Origin: Trichoplax sp. H2
Lineage: Eukaryota
NCBI GenBank assembly: GCA_003344405.1
Contig: NOWV01000015.1
Coordinates: 372,001-436,000 of the forward strand
Direction: 5' to 3'
DNA length: 64,000 bases
Part shown: positions 1 to 13,640 of the stretch, piece by piece
How positions within the stretch are numbered: the first letter of the stretch is position 1
How the letters are laid out: each line of letters opens with the position of its first letter
Translations under genes and position numbers: made by a program
Notes under the pieces: model-generated
Seen by the model: only the letters and a program-made list of their open reading frames with translations
Databases searched by the model: none
What the model was told of the DNA's origin: nothing

Positions 1-1239
1 CGTTTAATGCTAGCGTATTCTAAATCAGCATGAACAACCAATCCCCTCTGATTATAACGATGAAATAAATAGAATAAGATAGAGCTTCAGATTTCGATAT
101 GTCACTACAGTGTATAGTAAAGTAGCGCTTAAAAGACGCGCTTGAGTAATTTAGAAAATAAATAAATTCTAATTTATTCTTAATCAGTCATGGATTATTT
201 TGCTTTGGTGTTGCAGCAATCTTAGATGTAATGTTGCATAATTGGTAATATTAAATTAAACGGACGGAAATCAATTTCTCACTATATATCGAATATAGAG
301 TAGCAGGAATTGAAATAGAATAACCTTGTCGCATTTGCATATTGTCATAGCTGATGGATTTAAATCAAATTACCATCTTATCTGCCATTACAAATACTCG
401 TATGCAATCTCTGCAGGCCATTGCCTATTCTTGTACAGTACTTTCAATCATTTTATCTGAACTTCGGTATGCAGATTCCACACTTCAATCAAAAATTGAT
501 AGAGCAGATTAAAATCACTGTATACTTCAAATTCTGCGGTAGAATATCCCTAATATTGATTTAAATCATAGAGGCTATTGATCGTCAACTTTGGCTCAGT
601 TCCCCATATGCACCTGACCGACTGTTACGAATTCGATCATGATGATAATATTACTCCTGTATATACCTAGAATTTAATTGATATCTCACCGGCAGATAAT
701 GCCCGCTTGCTCTTCAAGAAGGATCGAGCAATTTAGCGTAAAATAAATTCAACTTTAACAGAAGTTTAATAACCTACAGGTTTGCATTAGGCTGCAAAAA
801 TCCATGGCAACTAAGCGGAAATAAAATACGCATGCGTATGCCACCATTGCTCTCCACGTCTCCAACTCTCCATGTCCCCTGTCCAGGTTCTACCTGAAGA
901 AGTCGTCGGTCCTTTTATAACCTATAGTTCCACCATCGAGATGGAAATCAGGAATTAAAAATAAGTCAGGGGCCTAAGCATACAACCTAACTAAGTGATA
1001 CAAGCCAAGAGAAGAACATTTTATACTTTATGCACCATAGCAAGCTTGAGTTTAGTCCAAGGTAGGTATGCAATGTCTATTCTAATAAGTCTTTGCAAAA
1101 CAGCATCATGAATTTGTTTGTTTACTTTTTCGATGATAGTTCTTAAGCAACTCGGTTGTTCCAATAGAGTTCGGTAAAGAAATAATATTTTACCGCAGAG
1201 GTTGTCAAATTTTGAGGTATCCCTTGAGCAACTATCAAG

Positions 1240-2939
1240 ATGGCATCATCAAGCTGGCTACAGCGAGGTAATAATCGTTTGCAAGGCTTGTTGCTAGATA
1301 TATCTGGTGTTTTATACAATTCTGGCGTTTCTGGTGGTCAAGCAATTGATGGATCTGTAGAGGCTTTAGCAAGGTATGAGTTCTAAAAAAATTATCTGCT
1401 AGTTTCATACCCTTAACATTATGGAAAACTAGTAAGGCGGCTCATACTTAAACTTAATGCATAGCTTCCTTCCATTGTGCAAAGCAAGCACGTATCATAT
1501 TACAGTGTAATATTTGTCAAGAATTGCATCGGCTGGTGAAGTGTAACGCAATGTAGAATTAAGCATCAATCAAATTCTGTGATATCTTAAACGAGTTGCA
1601 TTATTCTCTAGAATACTCATGATTATTAATCTATAATTATAATTTATAATCATTTATTAGATTGAAGAAAGCACATTTTCCCCTTAGATTGTGCACAAAT
1701 GAATCTCAGTGTTCGATCGATACATTAGTTAAGAAATTACAACGTTTAGGATTTAATGTTCAGGAGGAAGATATCTATTCACCTATTAAAGCAGTTAAAA
1801 GTTTTTTGATAGAAAACTCACTACGCCCTCATTTGCTTGTACATCCAGGTAAGGCAATAATTGGCACCAATCTAGAATCAAGTATATTGAAATGCCATTA
1901 AATAAATTGTACTAATCCATTTTTATTTATCGTTTCCCCGAACGCTAACCCTTGGCTCTCCAATAAATTTAAATAGACGTCTTGGATGAATTTGTTGATA
2001 TCGACCAATCAAATCCTAACTGTGTAGTTATTGGTGATGCTACAGATGCTTTTTCTTATGCAGCACTAAATGAAGCTTTTACAATACTAATGAACATGAA
2101 GCAACCCAAGCTGATTTCTCTAGGAAAAGGGTTTGTGTTAAGGCTCAATTACCAACCAACAATGCAATTACAGAATAGATGGATTGATATTGTTAACATC
2201 AACATGAAGAATATTAATTCAGGTAACTTATGAGATACAGAAACTGTAACTCAGTCTTGTTTGTAATATTGATTTAAAATAGACGATATTACCAGGAAAC
2301 TGATGGATTGAAGCTTGATGTTGGCCCTTTCTCCAAGGTGTTAGAAGTAAGGTATTTCTACGATATAATTGAATAATTATAGATTTTAGTTATCTTCATT
2401 GCTATGAATCAACCTACTTCTGGAACTCAATAAATTACCTTACAACATCAGTATGCATGCCAGATTGAAGCAGAAGTAGTCGGCAAACCATCGAAAACAT
2501 TTTTTATGGCGGCACTTGCCGGTTTCAATATTAATCCGGAACATGTAAGTATTTAATACTCTATCATTAAACCCAGGTAATATTTGTATAACTTCACGTT
2601 CAATGTATTACGACTATATTTTCTTATCATTGTTAATACACAGTTTCTGATGATTGGTGATGATGTTGTAAGCGATGTTGGTGGCGCACAAGCTTGCGGC
2701 TTACGTGGAGTTTTGGTTAGAACAGGAAAATATAGGTGAGTATTCCCAATGTTGTTAAAATCATCCTATCCTTTTCTTACGAATAACTCTTGATAAGGCT
2801 CATAAAAACTATTGCTAGCCAACTTAAATGAAGATACATATTTTGTTTAATTAGACCATCCGACGAGAATCATCCACAAGTTCAACCAGATGCTGTTGTA
2901 AATAATCTAGCGCAAGCAGTCGACTCCATCTTGCAATAA
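1240..2939 (+). CDS. LHPP: Phospholysine phosphohistidine inorganic pyrophosphate phosphatase (HAD class IIA). Seven exons: 1240-1373, 1661-1848, 1977-2130, 2283-2346, 2452-2544, 2644-2735, 2855-2939
   Basis: The spliced translation contains the HAD motifs [39 protein letters not shown] and [33 protein letters not shown], typical of LHPP/HDHD2. All introns are GT-AG and preserve the frame. Confidence 0.92.
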
Positions 2940-3651
2940 TTATAAAATGCAGGATCGTCAAATCAATTTAAAATAGTTAGTGTTACAATTCACTAGAATT
3001 AGAACGATTACAAGGGTTACTGCAAGATTTTATGGGATGATTTATCGTAAGCTTTTGTAATCTGGCTAACTGCTAACCAATACCTACATCCATTCTTATT
3101 TATATTATCAATTTCTCATTCGTGCATAGTAAGTGTACTGCAGGCATTATAGAACGATATTTACTGTAATACGTACTTGTTTGTAATTTAGTACATCATT
3201 TACGTTCGTGGGTAGCTACACGGCAACCACAAATTGGCTTAAGATTAAAATTGTAGACTGAAAGGTCCATGGTATTATTAAACAAATCAAGTTTATGTAA
3301 TAAAAGGTAATTTTTGCGAGAAATACTGGTTCTTATTTTAACATTTTTAAGCATTTCAACGCAAAAACTTATAGTATGTATCTTAGGAGCGATAATTTAT
3401 AGAAAACTGTGCAGCAATCAATTTGTCTTAGGTACTCCAATGAAAAGAATCGTCAACTCATTCTTTGCTGTCTTACCAGCCTTCATTCTGCTTGTTTGTA
3501 TCAAACTGCGTGAGCATATATCATTTCACTATCATTCACCATATCGATATTGCCGTAAAGATGCTTTGTAATCACAGTACATGTATGTTTCAATTATTTA
3601 ATTAAAAATCCTAGTTATACAAATACAAGTAATATTTTATGCTCAATGCCA

Positions 3652-3672
3652 ATATATATATATATATATATA
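3652..3672. repeat. (TA)n microsatellite
   Basis: atatatatatatatatatat. Confidence 0.9.
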
Positions 3673-4563
3673 TGTTATATACATATACAGATCTTTGATC
3701 TATACTATATGCTGACTTGATCAAGACATACAATAACTTCAATCTATAGAGAAGAATTTCATTTGATAAGGTCACCGATTTGGTTGTAACATTACAGCGA
3801 GTATAAAGAATTAATTCGCAGAGTAGTTACTCTTGGACAAAGATAGAATTACATTTTTTATTAAATAGAAAGTCATTCAACAACAGTTATGCTTGCTTAA
3901 AAAACTGTCAAAGTGGATATCTTTACACTTAATAGAAACTTGTTACTCAAATACGTTACATATCGACCCCAACAAAATGATGATAGCCTATAATTTTTAT
4001 ATAAAGAATGCAGAAATAGCAAATGTGCTATGGCGCTGTTAAAACAGATCGAAAGGATTAAAAATAAGGATGATGTAAGTAGAAATATTTAATCATATTC
4101 GATCGTGAAGCAAACTATTGTCAAGTTATGAGTGGCAACAGTAATATAAATAGTTTGAAATGTTCATTACAATCAGATATAGAGTTTTTATCAAATAATA
4201 AATTGTTGCAAATAAATATTATTAATATGGCGTGACAAAAGTACTACAGCGTATCACAGTGCAGCCACATCATCGCGTAAGTAGGTTAGCTCGAGAATAA
4301 AAATCTTTCAGTTAGTCAATCATTGGTAATAACATTATTAAATATCATATATCGTATTTAGCTCAAGATGATTGTAGTAGCCTACAGAGCCATTAGGACT
4401 GCTCACCACCCAGCACGATAAAATTGTAATCTGTTGCATATATCTCATGTTCGAATTTAACAAATATCTTTAATTACTAACTATTTTACTGAATGCCTCA
4501 AATAAGTCAATCATATAATAGTAAGATATTAAAAAATGGGTAAATTGAAAATATTTTACGCTG

Positions 4564-7500
4564 CTATAGATAAATTTTTCGTAAATCGGCTGGTGAAGTT
4601 ATTACATTGCACTGCGGACAAAGTTTTTTAGCACCTAGTGTTCGCATCCAACATTCTTCGCAATGAACGTGCCAACAATTAATCGAAGTTAATGGGATAT
4701 AGTAAGGCTCCATGCATATTAAGCATCTATAAGACGGATTAAACGACGATGAACTATCCGATGTTCTCTTATCGGAATTACGATCCTTGATTCCTTTTTC
4801 AGTATCACCTCCAACACCATCTACCACTTGACTTTTAATATCTACTATGAAAGGATTATATTTCACGTTAATGATCCACTAATTTACTATGTTCCGAATA
4901 TTTAAATGCACAATTATCGCAAAAGGGATACAGCACAAACGTACGAAGGAGTATATCAACTCCAGAATTGCTCATACGGTCAATCATTCAAATATAATTA
5001 CAGCAATAATGGCGGAATTTAGACAATAATTGGATAAGAAATCTTTATTTATCCTTTTTCTTTTTAAGTCAACATGCTTAAACGTACTGAAGATCCGACT
5101 AGAGCGTGCTTTTCCTTTCTCTTCTGCCATGAGCTTTCTTGACTACGTCGTATTTCTCTAAATTCAAATGTGATTTATACGCACGATAGGGCTTATAACA
5201 TTTTGTGCTAACATTAAACAGCAGTGTACTAATGCTATTCTATTCTAGGTGAAAATAATATCGCTATCGCAGCGACTATAAAAACTGTCGATTACTTGAA
5301 ATAAAGATGGAAGAGCATAACAGGCATCAGTTGGTGCAGAAAGGAAGTGCATTTAGCCAAGCAAGAAGCATTAATACTACAATCGTGAGAAGCGAAAAAG
5401 GTACTAGGGGTGCTAAGGCAGTATAGCTGTGAAAGCGCGCAAAAAGCAGAACTCCATGGCTTTACGGTATGCAACAACTGATTTAACTTGTACAAGGTTT
5501 ACGCATTAGCAATCATTTTTAATAGACACTAAATTTTTGGTATCCTAACTAGTCAAGAATCTGATTTACAGTGATTTCATCTTGTACATTTTCACTTTTA
5601 AAGTAAGGTATATTGTACAATTAATTACTCAGCTATATCATACAGTACTTACTATCATTCGATTTACAGTTAGTCCATTTACTACTTTCCACAGCTTTGG
5701 ATGATTTATCAATTCCTAGCATAGCTTGCCGCAAAGCCTTTCTAGATCGCTCTTCTTTAGCTTCATCAGCACTACATGGTATTAAATCAGCTTCTGTGTA
5801 CTGCGACTTACCAAAAGCTTCGCTAACATCAATATCAATAACAACATTTTCGTCTTCATCAGTTTTTTTAATTTTTTCAAAACCAGATGCAGTCAAGTCT
5901 TCCTCAACCAACGCGGTGGCTCGTACCCTTGATTCGCCTAGGGTAAAGATCCGAATACGAATCAGGTTTGCTATTATACCTATCTCTGTATGATTTGACA
6001 ACATCATCTCTTCGCGATAGAAATTCTATGTTATGCGGTAAAAACAATTGAAATACTTACCACACCAATCGTATTCAATAAATTTATCACTTTGATGACC
6101 ACTACTTCCTTCGTTGCTAATACCCTTATTACCTAAACAATTATTTACATGATCGTTCATTTCCGTATCACTGCCAGTAATTGTTTGATTACAAATTGGA
6201 CACAAGGTAGATGTAGATGTTGTAGAGCTTGAGGCTGTCAAATATGTATTACCACTATATCTTCCTTGATTTAATAATCTTCTATTCATTGCATTGCTTG
6301 TTAAAGACGTTCCATCCGATGAACTTTCACCCTTACTCCTGATTAATCTGTTATTTCGTACAGATTCAAAAACTTCATACAACGATCCACGAGAAATGCT
6401 TGGTGACAAACTTTCCGTATTTTCTTTCTGCTTCTTGCTCGATGCCTATATACGCGTACGATTAAGATATGCAGTATAGTCGTCATTGATAATTTTGATT
6501 AATTAGACATTAAATAGAAATTTCAAAGTGTCAACTATAACGTAATTACGTCAATGCAACGAAGTGTACTGTACATATACTCGTACAGTAGCATCAACAT
6601 AGTGATAACACCAACATACGAAGCTGTTTCTGACTAGCTGTTTAAAATGTACATTATGGTATAATATTCAAAGTTGGACTTATTTTATATACAGAAAAGC
6701 CATTAGTAAACCTGTTGCGTGGATTTTCTTCCATGGCTTGATTCACGCAAATTCCTACGCGAATTACTTTTACTCAGAGAAGAAAACATGGCAGTCATTT
6801 TCTTCAACTCCATATCCAAATGGCTTTGTAAATCACTTGTCCTTATAGTCATACCACATATTGGACAATTACCACCATAAGTGGATTTCCTTTTACGACG
6901 AGATCTCCCATCACGATTATTTTCCACTTCCAAGCTATCCTTGGATGTGCCAGCATTGTCTACACCATTTGTCTCTGCTGATGAATCTTCTTCCTTTTTG
7001 GCGTTATTATTATTTTTATTACCCTCTAGTAAAAGTAAATTCATAAAAGTGTTAATAGTAAAGTAACATATGTCAGTACTAATTACCAACATATGAGAAA
7101 TTTCTACAATAGTAGTGTACTCGTCTAATACAACACTATCAAAATCATGGTATCCAATTCGAACAAAACTGTCGTTGAACGATTGAAAATAAATAAAAGT
7201 ACTTTCATGTGATGATCAAGAAATAATAACTAAAGCATGGCTAATGATAAAGTTGTTAACATACCCTGATTGGGATAGTAAACTATTACAGAATGACGAC
7301 GATATACTATTGATCAAATTAAAGGATATTCATTACCAGATGGTATGGCTTGACTAACGCGATCATCAGTTTTGTTCTTCTCTTCAGTATTAGCTTTTCT
7401 ATCATCGCTTGTAGTTGCATCTTTTGTAGTAGTGAAAGGCTTAAATGCTCCGCTAGAGCCATCAAACTGAACTCCAATTTGTCCGGCATTTGTAGATCTA

Positions 7501-7928
7501 GCAGTTGCTGTTGTTTCGTTTTGATGTAAGTTATTACTGGCAATAAGATGAGTTTGTCCAACAGCTGACGCTGGCTGTAATTGCGTATGATGAATAGGGA
7601 GTACAGGCATAGCATGTAGTGCTAATTCACCGTACTGATCATATAGCTGAGCCTGTAATGGCGCATAATGAGGGGTTAAAGAACTGATGTTACTTGGTGG
7701 ATAACCATAAACTGTTGGGATACCATCACGATTATGCGAAGTCGAATAAACATTGGGCAATTCGTGTGGTAAAGCCATTGAATTGCTTGTTCTTGTTGCA
7801 TCCGCTGTTGACGCTAACGCCATCAGAGCGGGTGGAGTACCAATATTTTTATTGTTATTACCATATTCAGCGGCGGTTGACGATTGCAATTTTTGTGGTT
7901 GCTGTTGATTCGATTGATGGCCATCCAT
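4564..7928 (-). CDS. RNF220: RING finger E3 ubiquitin ligase RNF220-like. Approximate exons: 7928-7337, 7025-6712, 6445-6061, 5937-5653, 4844-4564
   Basis: C-terminal CLICMEPYYIPLTSINCWHVHCEECWMRTLGAKKLCPQCNVITSPADLRKIYL is the RNF220 RING signature. Internal CPIC zinc fingers, EYDWCG|ESRVRATAL across a splice junction, and FGKSQYTEADLIPC also match. The start codon and any extra small exons are less certain. Confidence 0.9.
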
Positions 7929-10321
7929 TATTGATTGATTTCTTTTTGCTATTCTAACGGAAATGCAAAGCAATCTTCGTGTTATTATATGCGTGATAAC
8001 CAATAGCAATTGTACTATTTTCTAGTTGCAAATACGATATCAGATGTATGATTTTGATGTACTATTCAATGACTCAACGATTAAGGTAATCAAGAATAGA
8101 TCTATACGAGTAGTCTGATTCTACTTGGAAGCGTAGTTAATGAACTACAGTCAACAAAAGCAGAGCAAGTAACTGATACGTGTTGCAATTGCAAAAGTTC
8201 ATCACGTTCATAATTTGATGAGTATACAAATTTTAATGAGATAGAAGTAGCGACCTGTTAAAAGAATTGCATGACATAACCTGCGACAACAAGTAAGGTT
8301 TATCGTTTGTTGATGCAAGCTATTACTATACTCGTACCATTGTATCACGTTCATGCCGTCAAGCAATCTTATGAATAAGTATTTTTGAATTATCTCACTT
8401 GCATTTCGGATTAATACTAGTATTATCCTTATCCGTAAGAATCTTTTTTCTTAAATCATCCATGGTAAGTCTATATAACAACAAGGTAGCGTCGTCTTTC
8501 AATCTGTTATGAAGACCTTAATTCTACCACTATCTGAGATTGCATCAAACCCTATGTTGTCGTCTACAGTACTCGCATCCAAGTTGATTGGCTCTACCAT
8601 TGAATGGCATAACGTGCATGATTTATTGCTCCATTGACACTTTGAAAGATTGCGATTGTCAGGTAGAACTGTGTAAGCCATATAGACATGGTGGCAAAAA
8701 AACATGCTACTATCCTGTAACAATTCCTTCTAGCGACGTTGAATGTACTGTCTTAAAATAGACTAAACTACTCATCGATGGCATGATCGTCCTATAAAAT
8801 CGATGCATCATTTTATCCATCCAGTCATCGTCTTTACTACTACTATCATCCCTCTAAAGCCCTACCTCATTGCTCAAGCCAAGAGGACACAAGTTCAACA
8901 ACAACAACAATAACACCAGATGAACATTTTGCCAACTATCCGATGAGCTCGCTAACGTACAGTAAAGGAACAGCTGAAACTACCGTCATTCCTACATTAG
9001 CATGGTATCAAATACTTACCAAGACAACGACTACAGGCAATCAGTTTGCACAATGGATCTAAATCTTCATCATCGGTGATATGATGCTGGAAATGCCAAG
9101 ACGATAGAGGTTCGCCATTCACAAGCACAGCAACCTCCAGCTAGTCCAACTTTGATGGCAAACAATCCAACTGACCGTCAATAAGCTGAAGACGATGATG
9201 CCAATGGATTCTGCGCAATACTGCAAGACTAATCCGCTAGCTGTTTCATCACTCTTTTCTCTAAATTTGACTAGGCTACAGTAGGGGAAAACAGTCCTGA
9301 TTGCGTACGATATCTGCAAAATGACCTCGACCGTGGTTGTCCGTCGGACTTCTGTGCACTTTACCGCAGTCTATAGTCTACAACACAGTACAGTGTACAG
9401 TACTGTGTCGTGAGATTGTACACAGTACGTACTGTACACTGTGAAGCGGACATTGGACGGACAGTCTGTTGCTAGCACAAGGACCACGACAGGTTCTACT
9501 CTGCTCTCTTTCTTGATTTTAGTAGACACTCGATTAGGAAGGTTGATAGGTAGTAGTCAGTAAGAAGTAATGTAGCTGTGAATTTTCTTTTAATGGATTA
9601 CTATGCGTAGAATATGTGCCTGTTTATTTGAACTGGAAATGGACGAGTACGATTGTAAGCAGTCTACGCGTCAACTGTTCTGTATTGCTGGAGTGCCACG
9701 CTAGGACGACATTAGCAGCTCCAACCTGGAATCTGGAACTTTCCATAACTCAAACTAAGATGAAAGCAATCGCCAGTTTGCAAAGTTGATACAAAATTGG
9801 AAAGTTTTTGCAATCTTTCTACACAAAATTTAGAAAAGATTAGCTAAACCTTACTGTCAGATTCTCGAGTTCCTGCAACGCAATAGGCATGAATAACTTG
9901 ATAAGTGTACCGTACTATTACTACAGTATATTGCTATCAGCAGATTCGTAAGTAAGAAATAATATCTCAGCACTCAAAATATCAGAATTAGTGGATAGTA
10001 TATTATGCACATTTACAGTGATTACTAACTCGGACAGTTACATTAGTATCATAACAAGATGCCTATCGTCCAGAAGTCCCCAAAAATTGGATTCAGGGGT
10101 CTGCAAAGCGTGTTATTTGTGCTCTCATTCCATACTGCCAATCATTCTAACAGCCTAATAGAGTATCAATATGACAAATAGCTTAGTAGAACTACAATCC
10201 TAGTGCTATTTACTTGCAAAGCAAATATCGTAACCTACTTTTATGCATGCCTTCAGTCAATACTAGGTTACTGGTCTCGAAGTGAACCATCAACAGGGGT
10301 ACTATGTGTATCCCCTACGAA

Positions 10322-11105
10322 CAGTCTAGCACAATATTAACACCTGAAATATCAATATCCTAGTAGGATTACTATCTATCAAAGCATGGATTGTCTGATA
10401 CATGCAGTGGCAGTACTAGAGACTGTTCCAAATCCTTGACTACTCGTATGCAATACATAAGTATACTACGAGCAGTCTAGCATAATATCAACAGCTGAAA
10501 TTTCAATATCCCAGTAGGATTACCATTCATCAAAGCATGGATTGTCTGATACATGCAGTGACAGTACTAGAGACTGTTCCAAATCCCTGACTACTCGTAT
10601 GCAATATATAACAGCAGTCTAGCACAATATCAACAGCTGAAATATCAATATCCCAGTAGGATTACCATCTATCAAAGCATGGATTGTCTGATACATGCAG
10701 TGACAGTACTAGAGACTGTTCCAAATCCCTGACTACTCGTATGCAATATATAACAGCAGTCTAGCACAATATCAACAGCTGAAATATTAATATCCCAGTA
10801 GGATTACCATTCATCACAGTATGGATTGTCCGATACATGCAGTGGCAGTACTAGAGACTGTTCCAAATCCCTGACCACTCGTATGCAATATACTGTATAA
10901 CAGCAGTCTAGCACAATATCAACTGCTGAAATATCAATATCCCAGCAATATATAAGAGCAGTCTAGCACAATATCAGCTGCTGAAATATCAATATCCCAG
11001 TAGGATTACCATTCATCAAAGCATGGATTGCCCGATACATGCAGTGGCAGTACTAGAGACTGTTCCAAATCCCTGACTACTTTGTATGCAACATAAGCAT
11101 ACTAT
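10322..11105. repeat. Tandem minisatellite, ~142-151 bp unit, 5 full copies plus one 55-bp partial copy
   Basis: The unit cagtctagcacaatatcaacagctgaaatatcaatatcccagtaggattacc...gagactgttccaaatccctgactactcgtatgcaata starts at about 10322, 10473, 10615, 10757, 10904 (partial) and 10959. Confidence 0.95.
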
Positions 11106-11565
11106 ATCGAGTAGGCCATGACATGATATTGGTCCATCTTTGAATGCATCCAGCCGATTCGAGGGAGGCTGGTCGTCCATGAAGCCAAGCATGCTAAAGC
11201 CAATCGTATACGACACCACTGTACAATACAGTGGTACAGCACTCATACTGTACGTATTAACATAACCTGCAACAATGGTCCAGTCCTGTACTTCTGAGTA
11301 CCAGTTGAGTTCGATGTGGGACCAGCCATTCATTCACCTGCTAGCAACCATGGTGACGAAGACTTGCACAGAGGCCAATTTTCAGTTTTGGCAAACCCAG
11401 ATGTATCCTGTCCAATGGACTCTGGCTAACAAATGAAAATGTAGACTATGACGAGCATTATACTGATCGTATTTGATTTTTTACTACCTTAACTTTATAC
11501 CGCTCAAGATGTGCATTGGTATAGCCGTCATCGACTGCTTGATTGGAAGAAAACAACGGATTCGT

Positions 11566-13640
11566 ATGAGAAAGAAGAGCAAATTGATCCTTGCCTTGAT
11601 TGCTTTCAATATCATCGTTGCTTTAGCCATTTATCATCATTTCAATAGTACCAAAACAAAGCATAAATTGGCTGTAGTCATTCCATTTCGTGATCGTTTT
11701 GACGAATTAATGGTCATGGTGCCTCATTTATCTCGTTATTTGCAGTCAAGTCGTATTAATTTTGAAATTATTATTGTCAACCAAGTGGACCAATGGAGGT
11801 AAGAAATGTAGGATGGAAGGAAATGGTCCGACCGCACTAGTCATTCATTTAAATCAATGCCCATTCTTTATACAGTACCAATGTATCCTTTTATCATCAT
11901 AGCATACCTAGTTTGTTCAGTACTAGTTGGATTGACAACCATCGCTGTTTTCAACGGTCATTCACTGCTGCTGCTTTTTTTCTCACAGATTCAATCGTGC
12001 TGCACTACTCAATGTGGGCTTCCATTTGACCAACATCAAATCCGACTTTGATTATATTATCCTTCATGATGTCGATTTATTACCTATGTCCTACCAGTTA
12101 AATTATGCCTATCCTGAAGATGGCCCATATCATATCTCGTCACCTGATTTGCATCCCATATATAAATTTTCGTCTTACCTTGGAGGTATACTTGCATTAA
12201 CTAAAGAGCATTATCTACAGGCGAGTTCAATTTGAAATTCGACTCATTTCTCATTCATTTTCATGTTTTTATATCAACATTACCCTAATGATTGAATCCC
12301 TTGCACTAATCACTCTGTACACTGTATTGATATGGATCCTTTGCTTTTCATTTTAACCGCTTAGGTCAATGGTATGTCGAATAACTTTTGGGGATGGGGT
12401 AGAGAAGACGATGAATTTCGATTACGACTGATTGAAGCAGGATTAACGGTACTGTAAAGAGTAATCTACCTTTCATTCTGATGTTATGAATACACACTAA
12501 ACTAGTTGTTCCACATTTCTTTTGCTATGGTAAACGTACCTTGTTAATGTCGCTAACTGCAACGTATTGGCATACAACGACTCGCAGAATCAGACAGCGT
12601 AATAGACTTTTAACGTTAATAGTTGGACCAATACGCGTATTAATTATTCGTGTTTCTACAATAGTTCTTGTCCAGTCATTACCTTCCGATCGTATTTTTG
12701 CAATTGCCAAAGCAAATCTTGGTGAATAAAATAGTCAATCTTACCATGTTTAAATTGCTTGTTTAATCATGATGACACTGCGAATTGTCTCAATTAAAAT
12801 AATGATAATGTCATATTCTTCTATCAGATTCTATAAACATCGAGTCAAGCATGACATATAAAGATAGATCTTACGTTTTATTAGTACCCGAGTGCTTGTA
12901 ACATTCGCTATTACATAAGAATAGGCCTTTGGCTATATTCTAATCTTATCCATCCTGCAGAATTAAATTTACCTGGAATAGATTGCTCAATCTTTGATAG
13001 TCACTTACTGTACTTTAACAATAATATCCCACAATTTTATACAGCTCATGTAAGTTATTACAAAGTACAACAAGATTTCACTACCATTAATCGACTCTTT
13101 ACCACGTTGGGGAAAGGCCTTCAAGCTTGTCATTCGTACCTTATTGAAACAGCCTTTAACTTACTATTAACAAACTCTTCTTAACACTTATCATATAGAT
13201 CCACAGAGCGTATAATATCAAGAATAAAAATAGCGCATTTCGCCATATCCATGACAATAACAGGCGGCCTCGCGATATGAAAGAATTTTACAATCAACGA
13301 CAAGTACTAAATATTCTATGATGCAGTCTGTTTCCGATGTTAATGATGATCACCTCTCTTAAACTGACTCTATTTCGTATCTCCTAAATAGGCCAAATAT
13401 CAACGCGATCGTGTTACCGGTTTAAGTACACTTCGATATCGGTTAGTATCACAGCACCAATTAACAGTTGACAGCGCTAAGTGTAGAGTTTATAATGTAC
13501 AACTGGAATGCAATTTAGCAGTCACACCATGGTGTCAAAATAAGAAAAAGAAAAATCGAAATCGCAAGGTGGCTAATAGTACCAAGGCTAAATCTCCCAA
13601 GAAGTCGTTGCTGTTTGCAAAGACAAACCTATCTGTTTAA
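11566..13640 (+). CDS. B4GALT7: Xylosylprotein beta-1,4-galactosyltransferase 7 (GT7). Exons: 11566-11798, 11989-12220, 12365-12448, 13199-13303, 13392-13640
   Basis: Type II membrane anchor followed by [77 protein letters not shown] and [11 protein letters not shown], all B4GALT7 motifs. Confidence 0.93.

Noticed and set aside
5085-5157. Possible extra RNF220 exon
   Set aside because: It is purine-rich with candidate splice sites, but the phases do not fit cleanly, and the flanking exons already join in phase without it.
5697-7957. Overlapping ORFs (5697-5993, 6294-6479, 6861-7066, 7694-7957 on +; 7319-7615 on -)
   Set aside because: Antisense or alternate-frame shadows of RNF220 exons.
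11473-11565. N-terminal extension of the B4GALT7 ORF, and likewise 31450-31479 for adaptor B
   Set aside because: These ORF-track starts are TTG codons. The downstream ATGs (11566, 31480) fit the type II membrane topology and the paralog alignment better.
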